A DNA stretch of 64,000 bases, taken from Bigelowiella natans CCMP2755 (Eukaryota; Protista; Cercozoa). The stretch is from the NCBI GenBank assembly GCA_000320545.1, contig ADNK01000770.1, forward strand, positions 1-64,000, written 5' to 3'. This document shows positions 13,942-26,713 of this stretch, piece by piece. The first letter of the stretch is position 1. Each line of letters opens with the position of its first letter. Under the pieces are notes generated by a model that did no database searches, was not told where the DNA came from, and was given only the letters and a program-made list of their open reading frames with translations. A program made the position numbers and the translations under genes.

Positions 13942-15631
13942 CGTAGTGTAAAGGAAACGTTTTCAATTGTCTGAAACTCAAAGATGCACGGAAAATTGTT
14001 AATGTGTCCGTGTGCATGCTCTAAAACTCAATTGTTAGCGGTGTGCAGGCAACCATCACCACCTGTATCAGAAACGGGTACCGAAACGTGTATATGCCAC
14101 CGATGGAATCATGATCCGACTGTAGAAGGAGTAAACACGTCACAGCACCGGGAAAAGCCACTTAACGAATACGAAGAAGAGTTGATGACGATGAATCAAC
14201 ATGAAAAGCTAACGTGTGGTAACTAGCATACCAAGGTGAAAGCCGTGGCGGCCATGTATCCAAACATAATCCCGAATGGGGTTGCAGCCTGCAGGTACGT
14301 GGTGGAAGGGAATCATTACTCACAATGCAACAGCTCCATCCAATTGGATCACCGATAACCCTAGCACTACACTACCCACCCCCCAAAATCACCTGCAGCC
14401 ATGCCATCCATGTCGCATGAGAGCCTTTAGGTGCAAACTCGTCAATCCAAACCTGCGGCGTGTGTGCAAAATCATTAGTAATTACGCGTCATTCATAAAC
14501 GTATTGCGGAGACTTCTTACCGGCGTGTAAACCACCAGCGCTGCCTGGAAAAAGCCAATTACTGCCCTAGCAATTTTTGTAGGAATGAGGTCAGAATCAG
14601 CCAAAAATCGAAGTCGTTACGCTCGTGTGTGCCAGTGATTTCTGAGCGATGTTCATTACCTTAAGAATATGAAGAGATTCGGCAAGCCTAATATTGTCCG
14701 ACAACAAAGCACAGACACTCAGGGCTATAACACAGCAGGATCATATGAATGATCTACAACAGACAACGAGCTACCACCTGTTGGGCACATGGCGAAGAAG
14801 AGAGTTGTTATGTTGTTTAGTGCCAGGGCTACTCCCAAGACTTGCTTCGCATTATAATGTCTGAATAGCCATCCAAAAACTGGGCATCCGATGCTCAGCG
14901 ACAGATACCTAGGTGAGGTGGTGGAGGCTCACCGGTTAACTTTAATCTAAACTCAACATCGTGCATATCGGAAGTTGAAACTTAGTATTAGCTGGGTGCC
15001 TACACAACGGATCCCAAGAGGCCAAGCTGAAAATAGTCCATTCCGAATCGATTCTTCAACCGAATAAGCATCCCTAATCGGCGTTTACACCAAATTTAGC
15101 TGAGAAATCATGCTGCAGAATAATGTCGAGACCTGGAATCGCACCGCTTTCCATATACACAAACATTCCTGTCTGAGCGATCCATTTGAACAAATACCTT
15201 TACATCGAATTGGTCAGGGTGTGATTTTTTAATTTCATGCTTGTCAATGAGAATAGTAGCATTACTTCGATTCCGACTTCAAACGATCTTCGTGGCTGAA
15301 CGTAAAAATATTTTGATTATGATCGAAAGCTAAATCGATTGGAAGCAGGCGTACTTCTGGGGGGCATTCTCGCTTCTGTTGGGGTCCTCCAGAGCCACCG
15401 ATACCTGTAATACCACATCCAACTTCCAGGTAGGTGCCTAGACACATATATTATTCACATGCATGCACTTGCGTCTCTGGAACCTACCTTTTTCTGTCTA
15501 TAAGAACCCATCTGAGGTGATGCCCCTCCAACGATCTGTTCCGGCTCTGTCGGTTCCAAGTCGTGTCGGAGCGTCGTGGCTGAGGGTTATCAGTTATCTG
15601 TCACCCTCACAGGCTGTGTAGTGACTTCTTC

Positions 15632-15698
<67 letters not shown>

Positions 15699-15789
15699 CA
15701 TCGATTCGGTTCCAAAGAACAAAATCTTGTCGTTTAAATTCCACAGAAAATCTCGAACGAGTCTCCAACTGCTGACAAGCGTTGGGCAT
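7789..15789 (-). CDS. Spinster-like major facilitator superfamily transporter, many exons, long central loop
   Basis: Exons in order: MFVYMESGAIP (~15140), QLGLLGSVV, YLSLSIGCPVFGWLF, RAVIGFFQAALVVYTP, VWIDEFAPKGSHATWMAWLQ (14393-14452), AATPFGIMFGYMA, FRYPFLIQ, FSLSALYFVVTGIQ (~11370), YWATDYL, APVAGVIFGGWFVEYIGG, LLWVLLFFGGAV, GSSFAAILFNLFGYFLSPFLSG. Start uncertain. Confidence 0.85.
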
Positions 15790-15914
15790 TTGTTTCTTGA
15801 CGTTTCACCAGCTTGCAACGAGCTGTCGCAGCGAGCAAAACACTGAAAACGGCTTCTGTTTCCATAGAAAAAAAAGGTCGGGCGGATCTACTTTCGGGTC
15901 ATCTCCCTCTGTTA

Positions 15915-18770
15915 ATGTCGCACCTTACCAATTCCATGCCGATAATTTCTGAATATCAGGTATCCGCCTTGTTTGTGGCATCAAAACGCGATGGCTGCCT
16001 GAGGCAGAAAGAGAGAAGTACAACTGCTAATGGAGGAGACACAAGGTCCAGCCCCATGGGGCGGGTACACATGGAGGGAGAGCCAATGCGGAAAATTTAG
16101 GCACTAACTACCTTAGGGGTTTTGTTATCATGCGTCAGCGTGGTACGTGGGCCACGGAAAGGGAAAGTAACTCGCCCCGTTGCGAAGCTCCACACAGTTT
16201 AAACATTTTGGGCTCCGGGAAGCGAGAGCGTGCAAACGTGGCTGCAGCGGATAGAAAATATTCAAAGCGGAACTTAGACTATAGAGATCAAAATAGATCT
16301 GTGAATAAAAATGATTTTAAGGAAGATGTTGAAATGGATGTTCTTGGAGGGAAAGCAAGAGAGATCCATCAGAAAGTTAGTGTAGCAAAAGAAGCCATGG
16401 AGGCTCTACACCACCTCCGCCAGATCCAAAAGATTATGCCACCGGATTTGGTCAGAAAAAGTGACAAGAAAATTAAAGCTCGTCAGACCTTGAATGAATC
16501 AATGAGCATCCGAGCGACTGTGTTCTTACTTCTTGAAGACCCGTCTTTCTCCAGACTAGCCAAGTTTATATCAGGAGTCATTCTTGGATTTATTCTCCTT
16601 TCGTGTATATCCTTTATAATAGAAACACTTCCTAGATACTCATACCCTAGATATGGAAATGAAGTGGGAGACCATCCCCCGATATTTGGAATACTGGATA
16701 CTCTATGCCTAGCGGTCTTCACCTGCGAATATTTCCTGAGACTCCTCACAGTTGGGGCAGTTCCTGATTTAAAACTGAGAGATATGGGGTATTTACATAG
16801 AAATTGACTTTGAATCCTGTTCCCTTGCACTAGAATTTCTGCTTTGTGCAGGCACTTACACATTAACATTGCAGGTACGATATTCCTATGCTCAACATGA
16901 CAAATAGAGGAGATATCAGACTGAAGGCCTTCGGATGGATGAAAAATCCAATGAATCTCGTCGATCTTCTCTCGATAATGCCAATTTTATTCCTAATCTT
17001 TGACTCAAACGGAGGGGCTGGGTTCCAAGTCGTTCGTGTTCTTCGCCTCACACGAGCGTTCAGAGTCTTCAAACTCGGAAAATACTCCGAGGGTAATCAT
17101 ATATAGGAATGTAGTTTTCTGGCTCCAGGCAACATACCTAAGAGAGAAATTTGTATTTTAGGTCTGATACTGTTTCATAGAGTCATTGCAAAGTCCTTGT
17201 CCGCTCTGTACCTGCTTTTCTTCTTCATGCTTATTTCGACCATCGTGTTTGGAAGCACAATTTACTACGCGGAAAGGGGAAACTGGGACGACGAAAAAGG
17301 GTTTGTAGGCGAGTAACATCTTCGTCTGAATCTACGAAATTGATTGAGATTACGGCTGTAGGTATTATGTGAGACCGGATTTGTACGGAGATGGGACAGA
17401 GCGGTACGTAACGCCTTCCAAAAGTAATTGTATGGGAACTGATATCTGTTGTGATACAGGTCTCCGTTCACTTCAATACCAAGAAGTTTCTGGTGGGTAA
17501 TCGTCACATCTACGACAGTGGGATACGGTATCGATATAGAATATAAAACATAGATCTCTCACACAATAATACAGTAATACAATGTATTAAGAAAATCATA
17601 AATAATGCATTAACACTTAGTGGCTAAATACTTTCATCAGGTGATATGGTCCCACGTACGACAACGGGAAGATTCGTAGGTAAAATCAGTGGATGATTCC
17701 CCCATTAAAACGCGTGGTCATAATTTGTAATAAATCAGGCACCTTGGCGATGTATTTCGGCATTCTGGTGCTTGCAATGCCACTAGCTATCATCTCTTCC
17801 AACTTCCAAAGGGTACTCTAATCTTTAATTTTCAAGTTCCAAGTTAGCAGCAAAGTTTATTATTTCTTTGCAAAAAGGTTCATGAGGAGTTTCGAAAACA
17901 GAAACAAGGGTACTCAAACAAAAAAACAGCATCGTCCGTCCACCGTACGCTGAAGCGACTACTTAAATTTCAGGTACAGAAACACAGCAAATGGGATGTC
18001 TTCCAGGATGTTGGAGCTCATATTAAGGTAAGCTAAACACAATATTTTAGTGATGAATCGAGAGTAATATGTTTGCCGTACGTACGTTCCCCCTCTCTTC
18101 CTAGTCTTGAGAATATCAATACGGAACTGAAGAAAATATTCCAAGAACTAAAGGTATACTCAAGTACTTATCCATTCTATGCCAAAAACTGAACATTCAT
18201 TTCGCTAATACAAAATTAGGCCCTAAGCGGTCGTTATTTGAATCTTGCGAATCACCCCGATATGAACGCAGACTCCATAGAAGTAATCAGCCATCAATTC
18301 ACATCAAGATTCCATTCCTTTGCTCAGACGGTATTAATATATATTCAGAGCGAAAGAGGGGTACCAACCAATATTACTTTGGATGAGGGCAAGCTTGTCC
18401 TTCATGAATTTTTGGCTCTTCAAGATGAGCTTCAACATCTCCTAATGGTTTGTATTTTTTAATCAATGATTATAAATAACGCAATCGCTGATGTAAGATT
18501 ACACCTGATTAGTACAAGAAGACGGTTCTGGCAAGAATAAGAAGACTGTCAAAATTATTGGTAAATTTCTATTCTAAAGAAAAAAATTATACAAGGGTGT
18601 ACAGTTATTTCAGGAATAGCATCTCTTTGTCTCTCTTTCTCCCCCTCTCCCTCTTTCGTGCATATTCTACCTGTGTGATCACGATATGACATTCTACCTT
18701 TTTTTAAGCTATGTTGTCAACATAGGTGATTGAAAGGCAAAGAAAGAAGAGGGTCGCCGCAATGTTGTAA
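15915..18770 (+). CDS. Voltage-gated potassium channel (6TM, Kv-like; no T1 domain seen)
   Basis: S1 [27 protein letters not shown]; S3 [13 protein letters not shown]; S4 [20 protein letters not shown]; pore [23 protein letters not shown]|DMVP (intron inside the filter codons at ~17528); S6 [18 protein letters not shown]. Confidence 0.93.
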
Positions 18771-19417
18771 GGATTCGAAAAAGAATGTGAAGCACAAGTT
18801 TCGTCTAGTAGTTTCATCTAACAGCAACAATTCCCGGTTCACTTCGGTTCGATATTTTGCGAGCAGAACTTCTTTTGAAGAGTTATATTAAAAGAATATT
18901 AAAACTCGCGGTGACTGTATGAGATGCAATAAGCATACTCCAACCAACTAGATATCATACATGAACCAACCGCACATCTAAACAATGCAAAATAGATCCA
19001 CAATCCAGAAATTTCCACGATGCAGCTGCCGCATGCACACATCTAGATGCTAGGTCCACGCAAATTTTCTCATAGATAGAGCTCACATTGCAGGAAAGTG
19101 TGCATGTGTGGTCACACTTGTTCTGGCGCGCGACTGATTGCTCTTTGAAGCTCGAATCATCACGTTCAAATTGTATGCACATGAAATGCGCACCTGCCTG
19201 ATGGCTTCAAGAGCTGGCAGCTCGCTGATCGATCATAGCGCATCTGTCTATATAGCCTTTATATAATGGCTATATATTAGTCACAACTAATGTGTCTTCA
19301 TGTGTCTTAGAGAACACATGTATTTCTGACCCGGTACGCTCTATAGTTTGGGATATCTGTTACATTCTCAGCAGGTTGCCGCGGTGCGAACCGATAAGGG
19401 CTACTACTGTTCTTGCT

Positions 19418-19481
19418 GCTACAGCACAGCTACATTAGGATGACCATTGAAAAAATTTAAACATTTCATTACATCCGTCTC
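19418..19481. repeat. Short dispersed repeat, copy 1 (others at ~30560-30650, ~53675-53785, ~63100-63190)
   Basis: Shared core GCTACATTAGGATGACCATTGAAAAAATTTAA...TTCATTACATCCGTCTC. This copy is flanked by the 12-bp direct repeat ACTGTTCTTGCT (19406-19417, 19482-19493). Confidence 0.7.
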
Positions 19482-20142
19482 ACTGTTCTTGCTACACCAT
19501 AGTACAGGCGGTGGGCAGCCGGAGGACCAAACTGAACATGTTTATTTTGTTCAGTCTAGATAGACATGGCAACAGCTGCTTATAGTGCAGCCTGCACTAG
19601 TGCACAGGTATTGCTGGGATGTTAAGAATGGATGACTTTTTGAAAAATGGACATGATTTAAATTGCTGCCATTCGAGCATCATCATGCACAACACACACA
19701 CACACACACATATATACACATTGCATGCCTGACCTCATTTCGCAGCGCTCTCACTCCATGGATTCTATCAATGTTTGTGCTAGATAGCATAGCGCAATCT
19801 ACACATAACACTAGAACAAGCCATGCTACGATACAGCTCTAGACTCTCCGCTACGTAGCGTACGCGTGTACTGCACCTAACCCGCTATACTATATGCTAC
19901 ATAATCTCTTTACTTAGTAAGTACACAAGAACACGGGTACGGCGAGGCAGGCGTGCATCGATCAGTGCGACATGACAACGTGCACAAGATATAGGTGAAC
20001 GCATAGCGAACCGCAATCGTGTCACTGACGCAATATGCCTGTACATATCATATCGCAGAGGAAGTTCTCCAATCATTGTCATCTTGCTGACTTCCGAAAC
20101 ATAGGCCATCACTGATTGCATGGTAATGTTGGTGATCTTCCA

Positions 20143-21362
20143 TCAATCGTCATCAGACTTTACTTTCTCAGCTACTACTTCCTTAAGCATTACTTCGATC
20201 TCCGAAATAGGATCTCCTGCATTAAATCCTCTATTTCAGAGTGACTCTCACGACGTTTTAGGGATTACCTTTCAACTCTGATCTACATAATTTCGTTGTT
20301 ACGACCATTTGAACCTGGGAAGACCAGAACATTGAAGTTAATTTGAAAAGAGTCCAAAAATTGCTGTTACGGAGTATAGGGCCCCTCTTAGAACACCACA
20401 GAGGATATTCGAATAGTCCAGATCCTTGAATTTATGACACGTTTATAAGAATCATTGTTGCAACCAATTGGATACTATACATACTTTAAATTGCTCTGGG
20501 AGTTCCACGAACTCAATGAGAGGACTTCCTACAGAGAAACTCAAACATTCAAATACGATGGCGAAAATTCCTGACGTGTGCACTACCTTTGAATTCTATA
20601 CTGAATTGTCTTGGATTTGAACTCCATGAAACTAGAGTGGATATTGAATTTTCAAGAAAACTCAATTATTAGTTGGTTCGTTATAACCTTCTGCATTTAT
20701 GCCTAGAAACATCTTGAATCCCACTTTCGCAATATAATGCGCCGTATCTTTCAGATTTCTGCACTGTGTAATTCCCGATTTGGCCTTTTAAAGATCAAGC
20801 AAAGCAACACTAAATTAAACGTGCATGTAGCTGGAACTCTTTTTCGGACGTAAAAATGCACTTGCTTTATCAATATTAGGGTCATTCAGGAAAGGGCATA
20901 AAATTTCATGGATTAGATTCATATTACGAGGAATTCATCTATAAGTCGGACGCCAATATTGTATCCCCTAAATTTAGTGACGTATGAGTTTCTTAATTTC
21001 AAATAAGGATTAAAAAATCTTGGTTACATCTTCTCTAATTCCTCGTTTACAATCTTGACATCCTGTTTTCATTGAAAAATATGTAAGGTTGAAGAAATAT
21101 TGAATATTCTTCGGTACCTGGAAGTCTTTTATCATTGCTGTCACCAACGCACCATACGTCATTGCAAGAAGCTCCGAGTTCTATTAAAAATACCTCTTAT
21201 CTTTCGAAGCTGCTTATGTGAAGTTCACTATTACGCACAAATTTTAAATGACTGTGCGCAGGATGTGTTCTTGCTGAATTCCCTTGATGCAACATGGTTT
21301 ACCACTTTTTCCATCTTTTCAAAAGCGGAATCCCCGAGACGCGTCATTCTGCCGTATGACAT
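20143..21362 (-). CDS. TRAPPC3: TRAPP complex subunit 3 (BET3)
   Basis: Spliced MSYGRMTRLGDSAFEKMEKV|NSELLAMTYGALVTAMIKDFQ|DVKIVNEELEKM|GYNIGVRLIDEFL...KVGFKMFLGI...DPISEIEVMLKEVVAEKVKSDDD*, which are the BET3 signatures. Confidence 0.93.
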
Positions 21363-21794
21363 CGCTACTAGGCCTGTTGCAAGAATGAAAATCGCGTATA
21401 GATTAGTATCAATTTATCATCAGGTGATCAGCGCCCCCAATCCTTTCGGTTGCCACCGCTGGCCTTCCTAATTACCCTAAAACCAAGCTCACCCCACGAA
21501 CCCAATCAGTATCACCGATTTTCAGGGGATTAACCTCTTTCGAACACTTGAGAATGATCATTTTCCGGGAAACGACATCAAAATATACGTGTCACAGAGA
21601 ATTTTAATCAATCCAATACCGTTAGTATGGAGCACCCAAAGCGCCGCTGAAGGCTGAGCGAGAGCTTAGGCGATGAGTGCCAACGTCCGACATGACATAT
21701 GGTAGTAAATTAGAGAAAATGGCCTGCTTTTCAAAATTTCACTGCACAATTGTTAGGTAGATGTCAGGAGCCGAGCTACTTGTCAGGATCCATC

Positions 21795-22566
21795 ATGTCA
21801 ACCCCCGCCCACGCGCCTTCGACATCGTCAGGGGATAGCAGCGATGTTCGCAATGATGCTCCTAAAACCGATGTAAAAACTAAAATCGACGATCATGGTA
21901 GCGGGAAAAAGCCAAAGGAATTCGGGGACATCGAGGATGTGAGCGACGAGTTGCTCCGGTCAAGGGAACCTATCATAGATCCCGAGACAGGTATGACTCG
22001 TGTTTAATTATTCCAAACGTGCAATGAAAGTTTCGTACTCAAATAACTCAAATGATACAGGTAAGCTCATGAGTAAACGAAAGCGCAAGCGTGTACTCCG
22101 ATGGAGAGATCAAAGAGCCAAGCGGGTGGGCACTCTAAGTACTGGTGTTTGCTTTTTATCGAGATTTGACTGCTGAACATTACTCAGCCGCAGAAACGTA
22201 AGGAATATCGAGAACGCAAAAAGAAACGGAAACGCGAAGAAAGGGAGCAACGGTATGATACATTGGATTCCGTAGTCAGATTTACATAGATGTTGTCTGT
22301 GCAGAGAGGAAAGAGAAAAAGAGATGCTGGCTGAAGGTAAAATCACAGAGGAGGAATTGAAGGAGCTTCGACAAAAGAAAAAGGAGCAGGAAACTCTTCG
22401 AAATAGAAGCAGGTAATTAGATATAGATTTTTTTTTAAATATCTGGGTGCTGGGTGTGGGGGATGTCGGCAGTGCGAAGTGGGGTTTGCCAGACCCCTCC
22501 ACTTCGATCTGCCGATATCTGCTGGCATGTTAATTGGGATGGTAGTATAGAAGTGGAGTTGGTTGA
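21795..22566 (+). CDS. Small (~150 aa) basic coiled-coil protein resembling the N-terminal extension of Trm10 tRNA methyltransferases; no catalytic domain seen
   Basis: GT-AG-joined exons MSTPAH...IIDPETG|KLMSKRKRKRVLRWRDQRAKR|PQKRKEYRERKKKRKREEREQ|RKEKKEMLAEGKITEEELKELRQKKKEQETLRNRS|RSGVG*. Confidence 0.55.
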
Positions 22567-23262
22567 AGATATCTGCAGCATCTGAGACAGACGGAAGGGC
22601 CGATCGTTGGCGATGCTTTCAAGTTCGGAAAACGGCAACGACAATGCATCGCGGAATGTTCTTTTGAAGCTATATCATAGAATTTAAACATCAACAGCCT
22701 TTTTCCAATCGGCAGTTTAATCAATAGATTATCGTTGCAATGTATAATCTCCTATTAATACTCGCATAATATTCTCTGCGAGGCGTAGAGTATCAGCAGA
22801 GCTGTGGCTCTCTTTGTACGTACGCGTACTGCTAGCACCTGCCTCTCAAATGCGTTTTTACTTAGCGCGCAAGCACATGCCTATACGGCATATCGCAGCG
22901 TGCTTCCGCGCTAGCTATACTGCTGACATACGTTATCCATTGAAAGCACAAGCGAGTCGTCAATGCCGGACTTTGCCACGCGGCCGTGAGACCGCGGCTG
23001 TCCACAATCAGTGGGTTCAGCTTCGCCATTATTGCGACATCAGACACACCATCAATGTGAACTATGTTTTCGAAGTGCTACGACTGTACATAAATTTTGA
23101 ACAAGGCTAAATTTATATGTATGTGCGCTCACGCTGTGTTGTTGGTGACATTATTAAGAGCACATTGCTCACACATCCCACATCCGATCGAAACAAACAC
23201 GGGTTACTAACGTAGCTGGTATGCCGTAATATGCGAAGCTTGTGTCACTCCAATATCTTTCA

Positions 23263-23525
23263 TCAAGGCAGTACCAACTGATCTTTCAAAAATTCAAAGA
23301 TGATTGTACTAGAATACGGTTTTGTATTAGGTCCAACGATAATAGGCCTTTTGAACGCTTCGTGTGCGGTCTAGGAAGCAAAAATGAAAATTATTTCCCA
23401 TCAATTTCATCGACATCGATAAACACGAAACCTTCTTATACTGTAGGTTGATTGCGTTCGGAAGATCTTCAGCCTCAAGACACAATCCACCATATTTTTT
23501 GTACTTTACTCCTCCTGCAGATTCG

Positions 23526-23560
<35 letters not shown>

Positions 23561-25929
23561 GTATCCAAGTACCATGCTGAGATTAAAAATTGCGGTTCTA
23601 CCTTTTCCAGGGTTGTTGTTCAAAAAGTTCCCTGTGTACCTGAGTATATGAGTCTGGTTTGGTATCATCATGCTGTTTAAGAATAGTTGCGAAGCCTACA
23701 AGTGGATAGCTTGACGATCTGTATAAACACGCATACGTCGTCCATTTATACGATCTCCATTTTTCCCCGCCGCTAGTTCTGCAGCTAATCGAATCCTGGC
23801 ACAAATATGAATATCATAATTTTTTTGCAATCTCTCATATCATAAATCTATTTTCAGAATATTCTATGCTCTATCTAAACAAGAGAAAAGAATGTTGAGA
23901 GATATTCAATTACTTCGTATCATTTCCTAGCTTGGCTTTTAACATCGCATTTTTGCTCAACTTATCACTGAAAATGTAGAGACGAACATTTTTACATCAG
24001 ACAACTTCAAACAATGAAGCTGTACGTACTCAATTAAATAAGTGTGGTCGAACCCCCCGTTAGTTGCTTTGTCTCCCTGAATATTTGACGTGAAAAGATT
24101 CCATGATGAAATATTTAAAGCCTATATTTCGCCAAAAAGAAAGACATATTCGTGTATTTTACGCAACAAATACACACACACACACACACACCCTCATTTC
24201 CTTGAGGCGTCGTCTTAGTAAGGTAGACGCACGGAGATCAAGCACAGTGCCCTAAAACCAATGGTACAAGCTAGTAAGGTACAACATCCCTAATTAATTA
24301 GCTGTCCTCGTAAAAAACCTTGACATTTAAAAGTTTCCCTGTGGCAACTAAATCCTTGTTGGTCTCTGCGTATCTGTTCGTGAAATCGAAGGTGTCAACA
24401 AGAACAGTAGTGATATTGACATCCTGCAAACTTTTAGAATGAAAGAAAGTTGTCCTGGAAATATCGCCAGACTTTTTACTGAAAATTTTGATACGATGTC
24501 CAGCGATGCCGTCTCCTTTACCTTAAAAAAAATGGCTCAGCTTGTAAAATTCGGAGAAGATGTGGATGTTCCTACTTGACGTAGCTCCATGTTTATGTCC
24601 ATTAAGATTGCTGAGATCGACAATTTTGATTATCATTTAGGTATCAAAGAATTGGCTACATTAAAGTTGATTTCTCCGTAACATTAAGGTTCAGTGAAAT
24701 ACAAGTAACAGTGCTGCGTAGTGTTAATGGGACAGTCCAGTGTCGATGTTGCCTGAAATACCGATGATGAAAGAGAACCAAAGGTTTTGTTAGGAAGAAA
24801 TATGAATTCGAATTGCAAATTTGTAAGATTATACAGCATTCGATCTTACTTTGGTTTCAACGATCAACTTGTTTTCATTCGAAAGGAGGGTGTAGCGCAC
24901 AGTCACTTTCATGTCTCCGGGATACCTACATCAGAACCTATGACACCTTCAACTAAATTTCGCGTTGGAGAACTTACCCATCCTCTCCATTCTTACTGAG
25001 CAACTTGAGTTCACAGTATTGACCTGAATCAAGTATAGCTGCTCAGATATTCACAGTTTCCAATTTTCTCTTTGTCATCGACAATCGGATGATAGGGTAG
25101 TACCTCTTGTGTCGAGGCCGGTGGTTCCCTTCCACCTGTCGATCGACACACGCATGCATTTAAAAAGATTAAGAACAGCGCTCAATAAAAGCCTCAACGT
25201 AGTCCCACCTTGCTTTTGAAAACCCCTTCTTGCCTCCATGCAAGTGACTTCCGCCATTGTTTTCTATTCACAACAACGTAGTAAAGACAGAGACTGATGA
25301 ACTGGAAAGAAATTGTTAGTACTGACTTGGCAGCTTAAAAGTATCTCCGTTGAGCTTAAAGGACGCCCCACCCGTGCGAGCACATAATCTAATCAGCCAT
25401 GACTTAGGCATAGAATGGGTATATTAAAGCATACAGAGAACCTTCCAACCAAAGCTCCGAAGTAAACATCGTTATCCATAAATTCAGCGGGGACATCGGA
25501 GGACAGAGCTACATCTACGTAAGAGATATGCATCAGAATGATGTATATGTTGTCGCGTCAACTCCTTATAATGTTGAATTACCATCAAAATTTCCATATT
25601 GATCAGGAACTGTAATTGCAATAATAGCCTGACGGAAGCAACTTAGGGAATAAAGAATTAAGCTACATATTGAAGATACCGCTCCGTAATCACAGATCTG
25701 CACTTCCATTCCATCGTTATTTTTTATCGTGAAGAATTTCAGAGTCTGTTTAACATATGCAAAGGATAAAATGCGCGTATACTTAAGTGTGCAGATTAAT
25801 AATACTACGGTTTCAAGGAAAAAGGAAATGGCACGTCTTAAATCAAACCTGCTTGCGATCTTCCGAATGGACATATTTCACACTACCCGGTATCCTCATC
25901 CTGGAGGCGCCCCGGCATGCCTGTCCCAT
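23263..25929 (-). CDS. GALM: Aldose 1-epimerase (galactose mutarotase)
   Basis: Exons FTIKNNDGMEVQICDYGA|AIIAITVPDQYG, YFGALVGR, NGGSHLHGGKKGF, GYPGDMKVTVRYTL, TQHCY..NLNGH, GGFDHTY, YTGNFL, GGLCLEAEDLPNAIN. Catalytic His and Glu are present. The start may lie further upstream. Confidence 0.92.
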
Positions 25930-26212
25930 AGTTTTAATGCGCTGGAGAAGGGCTTTCAAGACAAGTGGTTCGGAATTGATTGATGTCGGCAGTTGGCGTA
26001 TCTTCCTACGACATGGTATTTCGACAGTGATTTGGTAGAATCTTCGTCGCATCCTTCACTTCCCCTTGTATTTTGTCTGACGACGAAGCAAACACCCGTT
26101 TGTCAGGAAATGCTTCAGCAAATCGCATGCCATCGCTTCTAATCCAGGACGATGTGAAAAACCCGAAAAGATGATTATCAAAAACAACAATTCGGGTCAT
26201 GCTCTTTCCCTC

Positions 26213-26452
26213 TTTCCCGCGAAATGCGTGCAAGCCAGGTTTTCCCGTTTGGCTCGCATTGATGCAAATATCATGTGAAAACCTATGGAAATGTTCTTGA
26301 TTTTCTCATCGCATAAGTCTTCGTTGATGTGTTTTGGCGGGACTTATCAAGCGAAGGCGCCAGGAGGGAAAACCTCCCAGAAGACATCGAAAAAAGGATG
26401 TCTTAGTAAAATAAAACATGATATTTCTTAAAAATTTAGGTTTGGCGCCAAA
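26213..26452. promoter_or_regulatory. Cluster of E2F/DP-type sites upstream of MCM2
   Basis: TTTCCCGCGAAA (26213-26224), TTTGGCGGGA (26333-26342) and palindromic TTTGGCGCCAAA (26441-26452) match TTTSSCGS. MCM genes are canonical E2F targets. Confidence 0.65.
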
Positions 26453-26713
26453 AGCCTCATGACAGAGATTTCAGTCAGAAAAGCTTGTGCAGTTTCTAAA
26501 TAATTCGCAAGAAAATGCTGTAAAATTTGTCTACGACATATCCATAAGTCGATTTATTTGTAAAAATTCGTTGACTTTTGAGTTCGCGCGCTGGCCGAGT
26601 GCGCTGATACTCACAATCAAATTCCGACCCCAAACTACAACACATCATCAGTTCTACCCCCTTCCACGCCGAAGGATCGCAAGCACAGCGACGATATACC
26701 ATAGTCAGCAAGA

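Larger units (their letters stand above)
1..13945. repeat. Dense microsatellite field in introns: (CTA)n, (TA)n, (CA)n, (GAA)n, (CAT)n, (CCT)n, (CAG)n, (GA)n
   Basis: Directly visible in 1-4080 and ~8100-13945; smaller patches at 15632-15698, 23527, 35190, 37310, 40370-40445 and 59978-60225. Confidence 0.95.
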
